The notes below the pieces were generated by a model. The model had not been told where the DNA came from. It searched no databases and saw only the letters and a program-made list of their open reading frames with translations. Below, piece after piece: positions 31,352-41,251 of a stretch of DNA of 64,000 bases. Source of the DNA: Chloropicon primus (Eukaryota); contig CP060764.1 of NCBI GenBank assembly GCA_023205875.1, forward strand, positions 310,001 to 374,000. The letters are read 5' to 3'. Every line of letters begins with the position of its first letter. The first letter of the stretch is position 1. Made by a program: the position numbers and the translations under genes.

Positions 31352-32266
31352 ATGAAGGTAGGTCGAGGCGTCGCGTGAGGGTGCGTGGACTCGTTGGCTG
31401 AACCACCCGCTCACTACTCGTTCTTACAGGTGTGCGTGACAGGGGCGAGCGGACAGACCGGTTCCATCGTCACACGAAAGCTTGTGGAGAGGAGCAAGGG
31501 ATTCGTGGCTGTCGTTCGATCAGAACACTCCAAGGCCAAGCTTCTCAAGGGCACTCCTGGTTTGAAGCCAGGCGACGTTTTGGTTTGCTCGAGTTTCTGC
31601 AAGGACGAGCTCGTTCATGCTTTTCAAGGGTGCGAACAGCTCGTCATCTTGACTTCAGCGATGCCAAAGTTGGCATTATCCAGCTTGCCTGGTGTGATTT
31701 TCAGCAAGTTGATGGGGAGGAAGGGGGTTCGGCCCAGCTTCTACTTTGCTGAGGGCCAGTCACCCAAGGAGGTGGATTGGCTGATGCAGAGGGAGCAGAT
31801 TGATGCCGCTGTTGCTGCTGGGGTGAAGCACGTCGTGCTCATCTCGAGCATGGGAGGGACGCAGCCAGACCACTTTTTGAACACGATGGGCGACGGGAAG
31901 ATTCTGCTCTGGAAGAGGAAGGCGGAGGTGTACCTCAAGGAGAGCGGGATGAAGTACACCATCGTGCACCCCGGCGGGCTCTTACCCCACCCTGGTCCGG
32001 TGAAAGAGAGCAGTGCGGGTGGCCTGCGAGAGCTCAGGGTAGGGGTCGACGACGAGTTCCTCGAATCAGAGGAGAGAACGATTCCTCGGGAGGACCTCGC
32101 GGAGGTCACAATCCAGTGCCTCACTACGCCAGAAGCCGTCAACACCTCGTGGGACTTGGTCTCGAGAAAGGAAGGGGTTGGCGTCACTTTCACTTCCCTC
32201 TCCAAGCTCTTGGGGGCCGCGGAGAGCCTGCAGTGCGACTACAGCAGGCCGGCCCTGCCAGTCTGA
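31352..32266 (+). CDS. Atypical SDR / NAD(P)-binding Rossmann protein; 6-nt coding first exon, intron 31358-31429
   Basis: MK|VCVTGASGQTG, QIDAA..GVKHVVLISSMGGT, ILLWKRKAEVYL, YTIVHPGGL, IPREDLAEV. Confidence 0.88.
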
Positions 32267-32349
32267 TCTTTTCCTTGCCTGGGTTGTAACTCGACCATTT
32301 TCCCTCCCTTCACCTCCCTCTGTGGATTACCCAAAAGAATAATAGTTAG

Positions 32350-33222
32350 TCACAGCACGACTTCCTGCTGCTTGAAGAGCGTCATCCCTTGCGGGGCGAT
32401 GCTTTCGAAAAACTGAGCCGTCTGATCCGGGTTGCTGTGGGCGTCGATGGACGCCTTGAGCCCCATCCTCGCGGTATCTAGCCTGGTCTCGCAGTGTTTC
32501 ACCTCCCTGACAACCCTGGCCGGTGCCCCGTCGTCCCCAAAGGCGCAGAACAACCGTGTGTCGTTGCACCGGATCACAACGTTGTCCACCCTGAGCCAGT
32601 ACCTCATGAGCACGTACCAGCACGTGGGCATCACGCGCATCTTGATGGTGAGGTTGCACATCCCGTGGTCGTCGAGCTCGGACTCGTAAAGGTCGAACTC
32701 GTCGTAAAACAGGATGGGGTCCCTCCGCATCAGCAGCTCCCTGTCTATGCCCACCTGCGTGTCTCTCCAGACGTTGGCCTCGGGAGCGCAGCCCTCTCTG
32801 AAGACGGTCCCCGCGTACGGCGTCGTGAAGGTCCAATCTGTCTCCATCTTCTTCACCCCAAGCTCGCGGATGTCCTGCATCCTTTCCCTCTGCCAGTCCT
32901 GGGCCACCGTCACCTGTATCGGGGGCAAAGGGTGAGCCCTCCAGTCCTTGAGGGCCTCGAGGGCGGTGAAAGTGAAGTGCACCTGGGACGCCACATGCTT
33001 CAGATCGACCCCCGCCTCGCTGAACAGCAACTCGGGCAGAGTGCTCGTCTGCAGAGCCTCCTCGAACTGCTCGATCGTCGCCGCGCTCGCAATACTCGAG
33101 TGCCTGCTCTTGATCTCCCAACCCTTGATGCGTATCCCTCTCTCCTGCCCGTCGTCGGACTCAGGCATGCGCTCCGCTCCCTCGCTCCTGGGCGTCGTCA
33201 CGAAAACACCTCCGCGATTCAT
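32350..33222 (-). CDS. TIP41: TIP41-like PP2A/TOR regulator
   Basis: LPELLF, DWTFTTPYAGT, PILFYDEFDLYESELDDHG, KMRVMPTCWYVLMRYWLRVDNV, DTRLF. Start may be 33168. Confidence 0.93.
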   Translation of the reverse strand: MNRGGVFVTTPRSEGAERMPESDDGQERGIRIKGWEIKSRHSSIASAATIEQFEEALQTSTLPELLFSEAGVDLKHVASQVHFTFTALEALKDWRAHPLPPIQVTVAQDWQRERMQDIRELGVKKMETDWTFTTPYAGTVFREGCAPEANVWRDTQVGIDRELLMRRDPILFYDEFDLYESELDDHGMCNLTIKMRVMPTCWYVLMRYWLRVDNVVIRCNDTRLFCAFGDDGAPARVVREVKHCETRLDTARMGLKASIDAHSNPDQTAQFFESIAPQGMTLFKQQEVVL

Positions 33223-33556
33223 CGCCGCTCCTCAAGTCAATCCTCAAGTCAAAACCAAACCTCGAGTATCGTATCGTATCAATCAAATCAAACAAACAAT
33301 AGTGTCACCCAGCGATGATGCGGCAAAGGGACTCTCCTCTCGAGCGAAACGGGAACCGATTCGGGCAAACGAGAGGTCAATCGAGAGGTCGCGATATAAG
33401 CTACAAGCTTGAATTGGTCTCCCTCCCAGCCTCGCTCGTCCTCGCGGTCGAACTCCGTCCACAAGAGCGCGTCCTCGTCAAACCCAAAGCCCCTTAAAAT
33501 ACTAGAGGATTTTAGAAGATATTTTTATCAATCAAAACGTTTTCTCGCGACAGAGG

Positions 33557-33895
33557 AGAAGGAGGGAGCGTCGAGGGGATAGCGCGTGCGAGGGGAGCCT
33601 CGAGAGGGGGAGAGGATTGCACTGGACGAGAGATTGTCTCAAGATCTTTCGAAAGAGCCCTAACTTGGCCAGTTTCGCGGAAGGCGTGGTCGGGAACGAG
33701 AGGCGTGAGCTTCACGTGTCCAGGGACAGAGCCACCCAAGAAGGAGGGAGCGTCGAGGGGGTAGCGCGTGCGAGGGGAGCCTCGAGAGGGGGGGAGGATT
33801 GCACTGGACGAGAGATTGTCTCAAGATCTTTCGAAAGAGCCCTAACTTGGCCAGTTTCGCGGAAGGCGTGGTCGGGAACGAGAGGCGTGAGCTTC
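33557..33895. repeat. Near-identical duplication, period 182 bp (33557-33713, 33739-33895)
   Basis: agaaggagggagcgtcgagggg..aggcgtgagcttc occurs twice, ending 25 bp before the calredoxin ATG. Confidence 0.97.
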
Positions 33896-33919
33896 GTTTT
33901 TTCTGTTTAGCAAGACGGG

Positions 33920-35295
33920 ATGGGCCTGGGCACGAGGACGGTGCGTGTTGGGAGACCGGGGAGCTCCGCTGTGGTGTCTGCTGGACGGAGGAGCGCTTCG
34001 ATCGTATCGCCTTCGGGCAGATCCAGAGTCCGCAGCGTTGCGATCCGGCAGAGGTGTGGCTCGAGGAGGCTCCGCGGCGAAGCTCGGGGAAGGGATGAGA
34101 CGACGACGACGCTGGTGAGGGCGACGGGGTTCGAGAATGAGGTCGAGCGCGAGGACGAGGGCTCCTCGATGTCGTCCACGGACTTCGATGCGGAGAAGCT
34201 CTCCGTGCTGGAGGCTCAGTTCGTCGAGGCGGATGTCGAGGGGACGGGAAAGCTGGGGACGAAGGAGATACGGTCGCTCTTGGAGTGCGCGGGGTCGTTC
34301 TGTTACTCTCTTCACGTCATGACCGAGGCGGAGACGTTGAAGATCATCAAGAAATACGACACGAACGGGGACGAGCGCTTGGACTTCCAGGAGTTCATCA
34401 AGTTTGCCAACGACAAGCTCCTTCTGGAGGCCCACCTGAAGAACTACGAGGCGGCGTTCAAGATGCTGGACAAGAAGGGGACGGGGCGGCTGTCCGTTCT
34501 CGAGCTCAGGGAGCTGTTTCACACGCTCATACTGGAGGGGAGTAGCGTTAGGGAGATGAGTGACAGGGAGATCAACCACTTGGTCATCAAGTACGCTCAG
34601 ACCGACACCAAGGGTCTCACGTTCGACGAGTTCCTCATCATGGCGAGGAACGTTCTGCCCGAGATGGACGACATCATGAAGTACCTTGACATGGAGGAGG
34701 CGCAGCCAGAGGCGCCGAAGAAGGCAAAGAGGGGGTTCAAAGCTCTTCTGGGGATGCTCGAGGACAGCCTGAATAGCAACGTGGAGGTAGTGACCAAGAA
34801 GAAGTGGAAGAAGAAGGTGGTGAACGAGGTGAAGAGCATGGAGGAGTTCCAGCTCTTGTTGCAGGAGGAGAAGGGCCCCATCATTCTGGAGGTGGGCTTC
34901 ACATTCTGCAAGCCTTGCAAGAAGTTCGATCCCAAGTACAAGCTGTTCGCGGAGCACTACGAGGACGTGCTCTTCCTCAAGGTTTACGGGAACAGAAACG
35001 AGTCTTGCAAACGTAAGTGTGCTCTCGAGGGCTCTCCCTTTTGACTATTGATTCGGCGACCTGACTGGACCTTTTCCTTGTCTCCGCTTTTTTCCTTCTC
35101 GCCCCGTCCCTCGAAACGACCACACACCACGCACACCAAAATATAGAGTTGTGCAAGCAAATCCTCGGCGTCAAGGCAACTCCAACCTTCTACCTGTACT
35201 CTGACGGCAAGCTGGTCGACAAGCACATCGGCATCAAGGAGGATCCTTTCCGAAAGAAAATCCTGACGCTCCAGAAGAACTTCAACGCGTTTTAG
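33920..35295 (+). CDS. Calredoxin-like plastid protein (EF-hands + thioredoxin); intron 35013-35146
   Basis: Transit peptide; EF loops DVEGTGKLGTKE, DTNGDERLDFQE, DKKGTGRLSVLE; thioredoxin FCKPC; spliced exon adds GVKATPTFYLY. Confidence 0.85.
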
Positions 35296-35346
35296 GGCGG
35301 GTCCAAGGGGAATAAATACAGTTACACAAGTAAAGAAAAATGTTTT

Positions 35347-36648
35347 TCAAGCGTTCGTCGCAGCTTGCTTGGCCGGGTCGAACTTGTTCCCCCAAGGCCC
35401 CGTGTCCATGCTGTAAAAGTCCATTCTGTAGCTCCCGTCCCTCTCCTGGTCGGTGAGAGCCTGCCACGCTTCGTAGGGGCTGAGTATCGGCAGGTCGAAC
35501 CCCTCCCCCCAATCGATGGACAGCCTCGGGCACGCGATCTGGATCCAGGCCTCCACGTCCCTCATCATCGCCAGCTTCTGCGGGGTCAGCTCGGACATGA
35601 GGCAGATCACGTAAGGCAGGCCGCGCGACTCGAGGAGCCTCTCGAGCCTCTCGAGGATTTTGGGATTCCCCTGCCTCCCCAGCGTCCCGAGGACGAGCCC
35701 GAACGACTTTGCTTTGGAGGCGGCCTCGATGGCCGCCAGCCTGACCCTCCGCATGTCCTCGTGGTCGTACTTCTCGAGGGTGAGGACCCTGCCGTAGGGG
35801 TCGTACCTGTAGGCCGGAATCGTCGGGTTCGCGATCATCAGGGCCTCGAGGTGGAACCTCCCGTCCGCGATGAACACGATGACGTCCCCCTCCTCGGAGA
35901 CGCGGGGGGCCGTGCACCCAAGAACCTCCCCGGAGGACAGGGGCTTGCACTGGGGCACGTAGACCGTCTCGAAGTGCTCCTTGAAGACCTTCTTGGCCTG
36001 GTGCATCTCCTTGTTGAACTGGATCGTCCCCGCCAGGATGATTCGCGTGGTCGGCTCGAAGGAGAGCTTCACGCTCTCGACAAAGTGCTGCAAGTCTATC
36101 TTCATGTTCACGAAGATGTACATGCAAGGGATGCTCGTCTCGTCCACGGGCACGAGGCAGCTATGGCCGTAGTGGATCAGGATCTCGCACCCCATGGCCT
36201 TGGCGCTGAAGTCGTCCACGCAGCACGCCCCGAACGTCGTGTCCCCCAGTATCACGGTGTGCTCGACGCCGGCAAACCTCTCGAGTATGTCCGCTATGGC
36301 GCACGAGTACATCATGAGGCCCTCCGGGAACTGCAAGCAGACCTTTTTCACCCCTCCCTTCCTCACCCTCCACACCGTCTTGTGGACCTCGAAGTCGTAG
36401 TTCACGTTCAGCACCTTGATGGCCTCGTTCAGCTCCTCGTTCTTCAGTATCTCGTCCGGGATGAGCTGCCTCACGACACGTCGAGCCGCGGGCTTCTTCC
36501 TCCGAGGCTGCTGCTGCTGCTGCTCGGTCGACGGCACCACCTCCTTCGAGGGGGTCGAGCATCCGCAGCAACCCGCCGAGGACCTCGAGCTCGAGCAAGT
36601 CGAAGCGTTCGCACCGTCATGGCAAGCCTCCGCATCCGTCGGCGCCAT
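35347..36648 (-). CDS. DPH1: Diphthamide biosynthesis protein 1
   Basis: NYDFEVHKTVWR, LQFPEGL, TFGACCVDD, HYGHSCL, GEVLGCT, DGRFHLEA, GTLGRQG, IACPRLSIDWG. Likely start is MAPTDAE. Confidence 0.95.
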   Translation of the reverse strand: MAPTDAEACHDGANASTCSSSRSSAGCCGCSTPSKEVVPSTEQQQQQPRRKKPAARRVVRQLIPDEILKNEELNEAIKVLNVNYDFEVHKTVWRVRKGGVKKVCLQFPEGLMMYSCAIADILERFAGVEHTVILGDTTFGACCVDDFSAKAMGCEILIHYGHSCLVPVDETSIPCMYIFVNMKIDLQHFVESVKLSFEPTTRIILAGTIQFNKEMHQAKKVFKEHFETVYVPQCKPLSSGEVLGCTAPRVSEEGDVIVFIADGRFHLEALMIANPTIPAYRYDPYGRVLTLEKYDHEDMRRVRLAAIEAASKAKSFGLVLGTLGRQGNPKILERLERLLESRGLPYVICLMSELTPQKLAMMRDVEAWIQIACPRLSIDWGEGFDLPILSPYEAWQALTDQERDGSYRMDFYSMDTGPWGNKFDPAKQAATNA

Positions 36649-36764
36649 TCTTCTTTCTTCCTCTTTCTTCCACTTCTCCTTCGTCGTCGAGAGTCTTTCT
36701 GCTGCTGCTGTTGAGAGACTCGCGCGGCGAAGAGGAAGCGTCCTCGTGACGGCGTCCTCTCTCT

Positions 36765-37196
36765 CCCTCCCTCTCTCCCTCCCTCCCTCTCTCTCCCCTC
36801 CCTCTCTCTCCGGGTGCGACGACCGCGCACAAGGTCCTCTCCCCTCCCTCCCTCTCTCTCCCTCCCCTCCCTCTCTCTCCGGGTGCGACGACCGCGCACA
36901 AGGTCCTCTCCCCTCCCTCCCTCTCTCTCCCTCCCCTCCCTCTCTCTCCGGGTGCGACGACCGCGCACAAGGTCCTCTCCCTCCCTCTCCCTCCCCTCCC
37001 TCTCTCTCTCTCCCTCCCTCTCTCCCTCTCTCTCTCTCTCCTCCCTCCCTCTCTCTCCGGGTGCGACGACCGCGCACAAGGTCCTCTCCCCTCCCTCTCC
37101 CTCCCCTCCCTCTCTCTCTCTCCCTCCCTCTCTCCCTCTCTCTCTCTCCCTCCCTCCCTCTCTCTCCGGGTGCGACGACCGCGCACAAGGTCCTCT
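36765..37196. repeat. Minisatellite: 5 copies of cgggtgcgacgaccgcgcacaaggtcctct separated by CT-rich tracts
   Basis: Cores at 36811, 36880, 36949, 37058, 37167; periods 69, 69, 109, 109. Confidence 0.97.
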
Positions 37197-37535
37197 ACAA
37201 CCCTCTCCCCTCCTTTGTCTGCAGCAGAGATCTGTTGTACAATTAGGCTGAGGTGGCCCGTTTCCCGCTTCGAAAAAAACAAGTTTGAAAAAAGGGACCA
37301 GGGGCGGAGGAAGGACGCGAAAACCCCAAGGTAAGGCGACTCCACGGGAGCGCGACCACGTGGGAGAAGAACAGAAGCACGCGCCCTCTCGAAACCTTTC
37401 CAAAGAGCCCTCGTTCGAAAGGTTTGGACGTCATGACTGAATGCAACGTCTTGTCCCTTGTTCGTCGTTGTCTTTGCTTGTTCTTCTTCCTCGCCCCATG
37501 GAAGTGTAACGGAAGGTGCCCACCGTCACGACGAA

Positions 37536-38189
37536 ATGAGGTTCAGGTTCATCAACAAAGGCAACGACCTTGCCTTGGCGAGGTCCAATTGCGTTGGCGT
37601 GGTCGCTCCCAGGAGGCGTGAGGTCTCTCGAGAAGGTCGAGGACCGGCGACCATTTTCGCTGGAGGATTCTACGTCCCGAGCGAATCGTTCGGGGGTCGC
37701 TCTCCCGAAGCAAAGGCTGCGCAAGCCATGAAGGTACGGGGCATCTACTTCCTCACCCTCTCGAGTTCTCCCACCGGCAGACTGACCAACCACCTCTTCC
37801 TCACGCACGCACACCTTTCCTTGCAATTCTGCTAGACGCTCTTCACGATGTGTGCTGTTAAGATTGTGCTGGCCCAGTTGGAGGGGAGCAGCGCTGGGCG
37901 AGGAGCCTCGGCGTTCGGGTCTTTCAACCCGGAGCAGTGCGAAATGCTTTACAGCCACCTGGACGAGCACCCGCTCAAGGACGGCGACGAGTGGCTCAGG
38001 CTTCTGATGAAGAAGGACAAGCTTCTCGCGCTCCGGCTAGCCGAAGTTCGCGAGAGCTATGTCCAAGAAGGCTTCGAGTGGGACAGCATGCGGAGGGCCT
38101 CCATCAAGGAGATCGAGCAAGGCAACATCAGCATATTAAGGGAAGGAGCGGAGGCCATGTTGGGACGAGCGGAGGGTTCGACAAAGTGA
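37536..38189 (+). CDS. RBCX: Rubisco assembly chaperone RbcX; intron 37734-37835
   Basis: YVPSESFGGRSPEAKAA..LFTMCAVKIVLAQLEG..LALRLAEVRESY..FEWD; transit peptide; in-frame splice. Confidence 0.88.
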
Positions 38190-38333
38190 AGAAAAAAAGC
38201 GAGCCCCACCACAACCTTGGCGTCCTATAATCCCGTCGCGTGTACTAACAAGTTCTTATGAGTTGTATAAAAAGTTCTCCTAATTTCCCACGCGGTTGAC
38301 GAACCCCCCCGCTCGCACCCTGGCACCCCGCCA

Positions 38334-39281
38334 TCAGAAGTCGCAGTAGAAGACCCGATTCCCGTGAATGTCGTTCTTGGCCAAGAGCCTGCTGAGCTTG
38401 GCGGTCACCTTCCCCGGGAACCCACTTACGAGGAAGCTCGGTTCGCTGTTCGGTTTCACTATGCTCGTCCTGATCTGTCCTTTCTGGTCGAAGATCTCGC
38501 CCTCGATCACGCTGGCGTCATTCCCGAGGCAGGGCCTGACGTGAACCCCGGCCTCGCGCCAGCTCTCAAAGTCGTCGACGAAGGCAGCGGACTGGAGGGT
38601 CTCCATGTGGTAGATGAGCGTGACGACGTGGCCGTTCCCGGCGTACGCCTGGACCGGCGCCCAATCTACGACCGACCTCATGGGCCCTATCCCCGTGCCG
38701 CTTGCCACCAGAATCAGGTCCTTGCCCTCCTCCAGCGAGAGACCCAGCTTGTCCTCGTCGTGAAAGAGCGACTGGAACCCCTTTCCCAAGACGTTGCTGG
38801 ACTCGAACTGCTCCCCCGGCGCCATGTCGCCGAGGCCCAGTATGCCGCCCACGTTCCTGTCCACGAGAATCTCCACCTTCGAGGCGCTCAGGAAGGCGGA
38901 CTCCTTGTGGGCCTGGTACGGCGTCGAGGACAAGCAGACGCGCTCCTTCTTCCCCTCCTCATTCCTCACCACGATGTACTGCCCCGGATTATTGAAGTCA
39001 TCGATCCACCTGGGGTTCTCCAGCCTCTCCAGGCTCGGGGTCGAGCCGAACCTCCTTCCGGACAGCTGCCTCACGTCGTCGTCCACGCTCAGGAGCAAAG
39101 TCCTCAAGCTCCCATCAGCAGAGGCGCTCCTGTTCTCCACCACAGTCGTCGTGGTCCACTTCAGGTCACCGTCCTCTCGCCCAGTCGCACGCAACCTGCT
39201 CGAACGCCGAGGCGCTGCCCTTCGAGGGCGGCAAGGGGAAGACCGCGAGGATCCCAACCGGCGCAAAATCCTGCTCTCCAT
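38334..39281 (-). CDS. Plastid FNR-like FAD/NAD(P)-binding oxidoreductase (pKIWI502-like)
   Basis: Transit peptide; PGQYI, S..LGKGF, LILVASGTGIGPMRSVV, W..AGVHV. Confidence 0.75.
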   Translation of the reverse strand: MESRILRRLGSSRSSPCRPRRAAPRRSSRLRATGREDGDLKWTTTTVVENRSASADGSLRTLLLSVDDDVRQLSGRRFGSTPSLERLENPRWIDDFNNPGQYIVVRNEEGKKERVCLSSTPYQAHKESAFLSASKVEILVDRNVGGILGLGDMAPGEQFESSNVLGKGFQSLFHDEDKLGLSLEEGKDLILVASGTGIGPMRSVVDWAPVQAYAGNGHVVTLIYHMETLQSAAFVDDFESWREAGVHVRPCLGNDASVIEGEIFDQKGQIRTSIVKPNSEPSFLVSGFPGKVTAKLSRLLAKNDIHGNRVFYCDF

Positions 39282-40071
39282 CGCTCGACCCTTTGTCTCC
39301 CTCCCTCCTCTCTCTCTCTCTCTCTGTTCGATCGAAAAGCATGAAGACACACAACCGAGATGGATGGTTGGGTTCAGTCTCTCGACATCATTCTCACAAG
39401 ATGACGTCCAAATCTTTCGACCGAGGGCTCTTTCGAGAGATAAACAGGCAATCAAGGCATCTGACGAGGGTTTACTCCCCCCCCAAACTCGTCATCGTCG
39501 TCCAAAAGCTTTTGAAATCCGCTTCAATCTGTCATTGAGGCAGGCACCACCACCCTTCTCGTCTACTCAACCACCTCCCCCTCAGATGACGTCCAAATCT
39601 TTCGAGTGAGGGCTCTCTCGAAAGAGAAAGAGACGATTCTTCCGCACGTACCTCGATCTACCGCCGCAACGCCACTGCTGGAGGCCTCCAACGCCCCTCA
39701 AGTCCTCGCACTCAGTCGTCAAGCTTCAACTCCTCTGGAGGAATTGAGGACGAACTCATTTTGGAAAACCACTGGATCAACAGGAGACGGACGAGTGCGA
39801 GGGAATTAAGGCCGCCTGACGCGTCAGTTGCGTCGCCTTGGGTGACAGAGTTGAAATCAGACAAAGAGCCTTCTCACGAGCTTTCCAACGATACCTCACT
39901 TGAAGGCATTCGAGTCGAAGGGACGACGCAGAGGCTCTAGACTTTGCTTGGTGCTGAAAGGATTCGGTTGGGATTGAAGGGGTTGAAGGGATTGGAGTGC
40001 GAGAGGAGGGCGGAGGGCGGTCCACTTGCTTGTGAAGGGTGGCCGAGTAGCTGCATTGGTGTTTGGAGAAG

Positions 40072-40854
40072 ATGGAGGAGTCCGCATCCCTTCTGAAAAT
40101 CGACCAGGAGACCCTGACGAAGCTGTCCAAGGACAAGTTGGGACAAGTCAACTTCTCTGGAGCAAAACTCTCGGAGCTTGCCGTCCAGGTCATCTCGTAC
40201 GCCGTGGAGAAAGCCAACAACGTGTTCTCGGTCAATTTGGCGGACAATGGCTTCACGAGCGGCGTGTGCCGGGACCTGTCGAGGATGCTCTCGGTGAACC
40301 AGAACCTGGTGTTCGTGGACTTCAGTTACAACAATATAGACAACGAGGGGGCGGAGCACCTCGCCGCGGGGCTGCTCAAGGAGAACAAGATCAAGACGCT
40401 CTACCTCAACTCGAACGCCATCGGGTCGATGGGGATCAGCAAGCTGTCGATATCGATAGCGAGGATGAACAAGCTCGTGTCGCTCGACCTGAGTCAGAAC
40501 CCCATCGGGGATGAGGGAATCTTGTGCCTCCTCAAGGCGTACAAGGAGTCCTCGGAGGAGAGCAACCTGCAGTCCCTCTACGTGGACGATTGCGGGATCC
40601 AGGAGGAGGGCGCAATGGCCGCAGCGGCCCTGATGAGCCACATCCCCTCCCTGGTGACCCTCCACATCGAGGACAACCCCATATCGGACCGCGGCGCGCA
40701 CGCTCTCCTGTCGATGGCGGACGTCCCCGGCAACAAGCTCTTCCTGACGACGGGCGTGGCCAACATCGAAGACAGCGGGACGCAGAAGAAGCTTCCCCCA
40801 CTGGAGCTCGATCCTCACTTCTTGAAGGAGGCACGAAAGTACATCCCAGCTTGA
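40072..40854 (+). CDS. RNI-type leucine-rich-repeat protein
   Basis: Repeats LxLxxNxIxxxG (DFSYNNIDNEGA, LYLNSNAIGSMG, LDLSQNPIGDEG). Confidence 0.85.
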   Translation: MEESASLLKIDQETLTKLSKDKLGQVNFSGAKLSELAVQVISYAVEKANNVFSVNLADNGFTSGVCRDLSRMLSVNQNLVFVDFSYNNIDNEGAEHLAAGLLKENKIKTLYLNSNAIGSMGISKLSISIARMNKLVSLDLSQNPIGDEGILCLLKAYKESSEESNLQSLYVDDCGIQEEGAMAAAALMSHIPSLVTLHIEDNPISDRGAHALLSMADVPGNKLFLTTGVANIEDSGTQKKLPPLELDPHFLKEARKYIPA

Positions 40855-40942
40855 GTCGATGCGTGCGTACGATGGAACCAGAGCCGGTCACCAGGGAGAG
40901 CGAGAGGGGGGGAGAGCGAGCGAGCGAGGATGACGGCTTGTT

Positions 40943-40987
40943 GCCATCGCCATTGCCATCGCCATTGCCATCGCCATTGCCATCGCA
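40943..40987. repeat. Short tandem repeat (gccatcgccatt)n
   Basis: About 3.5 copies of a 12-mer in the 3' region of the LRR gene. Confidence 0.9.
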
Positions 40988-41251
40988 CGTCCTCCTGATC
41001 TGATGATGATGGCGATGATGTTGTAACGCTTAACGCTTGATTCGTCACATGTCATCACTGGTGTGTCCATCCAAACTGAGGCAGGCGCGACTCTTCGGCA
41101 AAGGCTAGGTCAATTGCGCGTGAAGGGCGGCGAGCGAGGACGACAATAGAAGAAGAAGGTGACCTCGTGTGATCCTCTGTGCAAAGCCAGAACACAAACC
41201 TCTTTGTATCATCCCACATCAGCGGCGACGACGACGAGGAGGAGGGTGATC

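Noticed and set aside
36811..37196. CRISPR-like array of 30-bp repeats
   Set aside because: Spacers are repetitive C/T tracts rather than unique sequences, there are no cas genes, and the context is eukaryotic.
36649..37403. N-terminal extension of DPH1 and overlapping ER/GR-rich ORFs
   Set aside because: These arise from a stop-free purine-rich minisatellite; DPH1 homology begins downstream.
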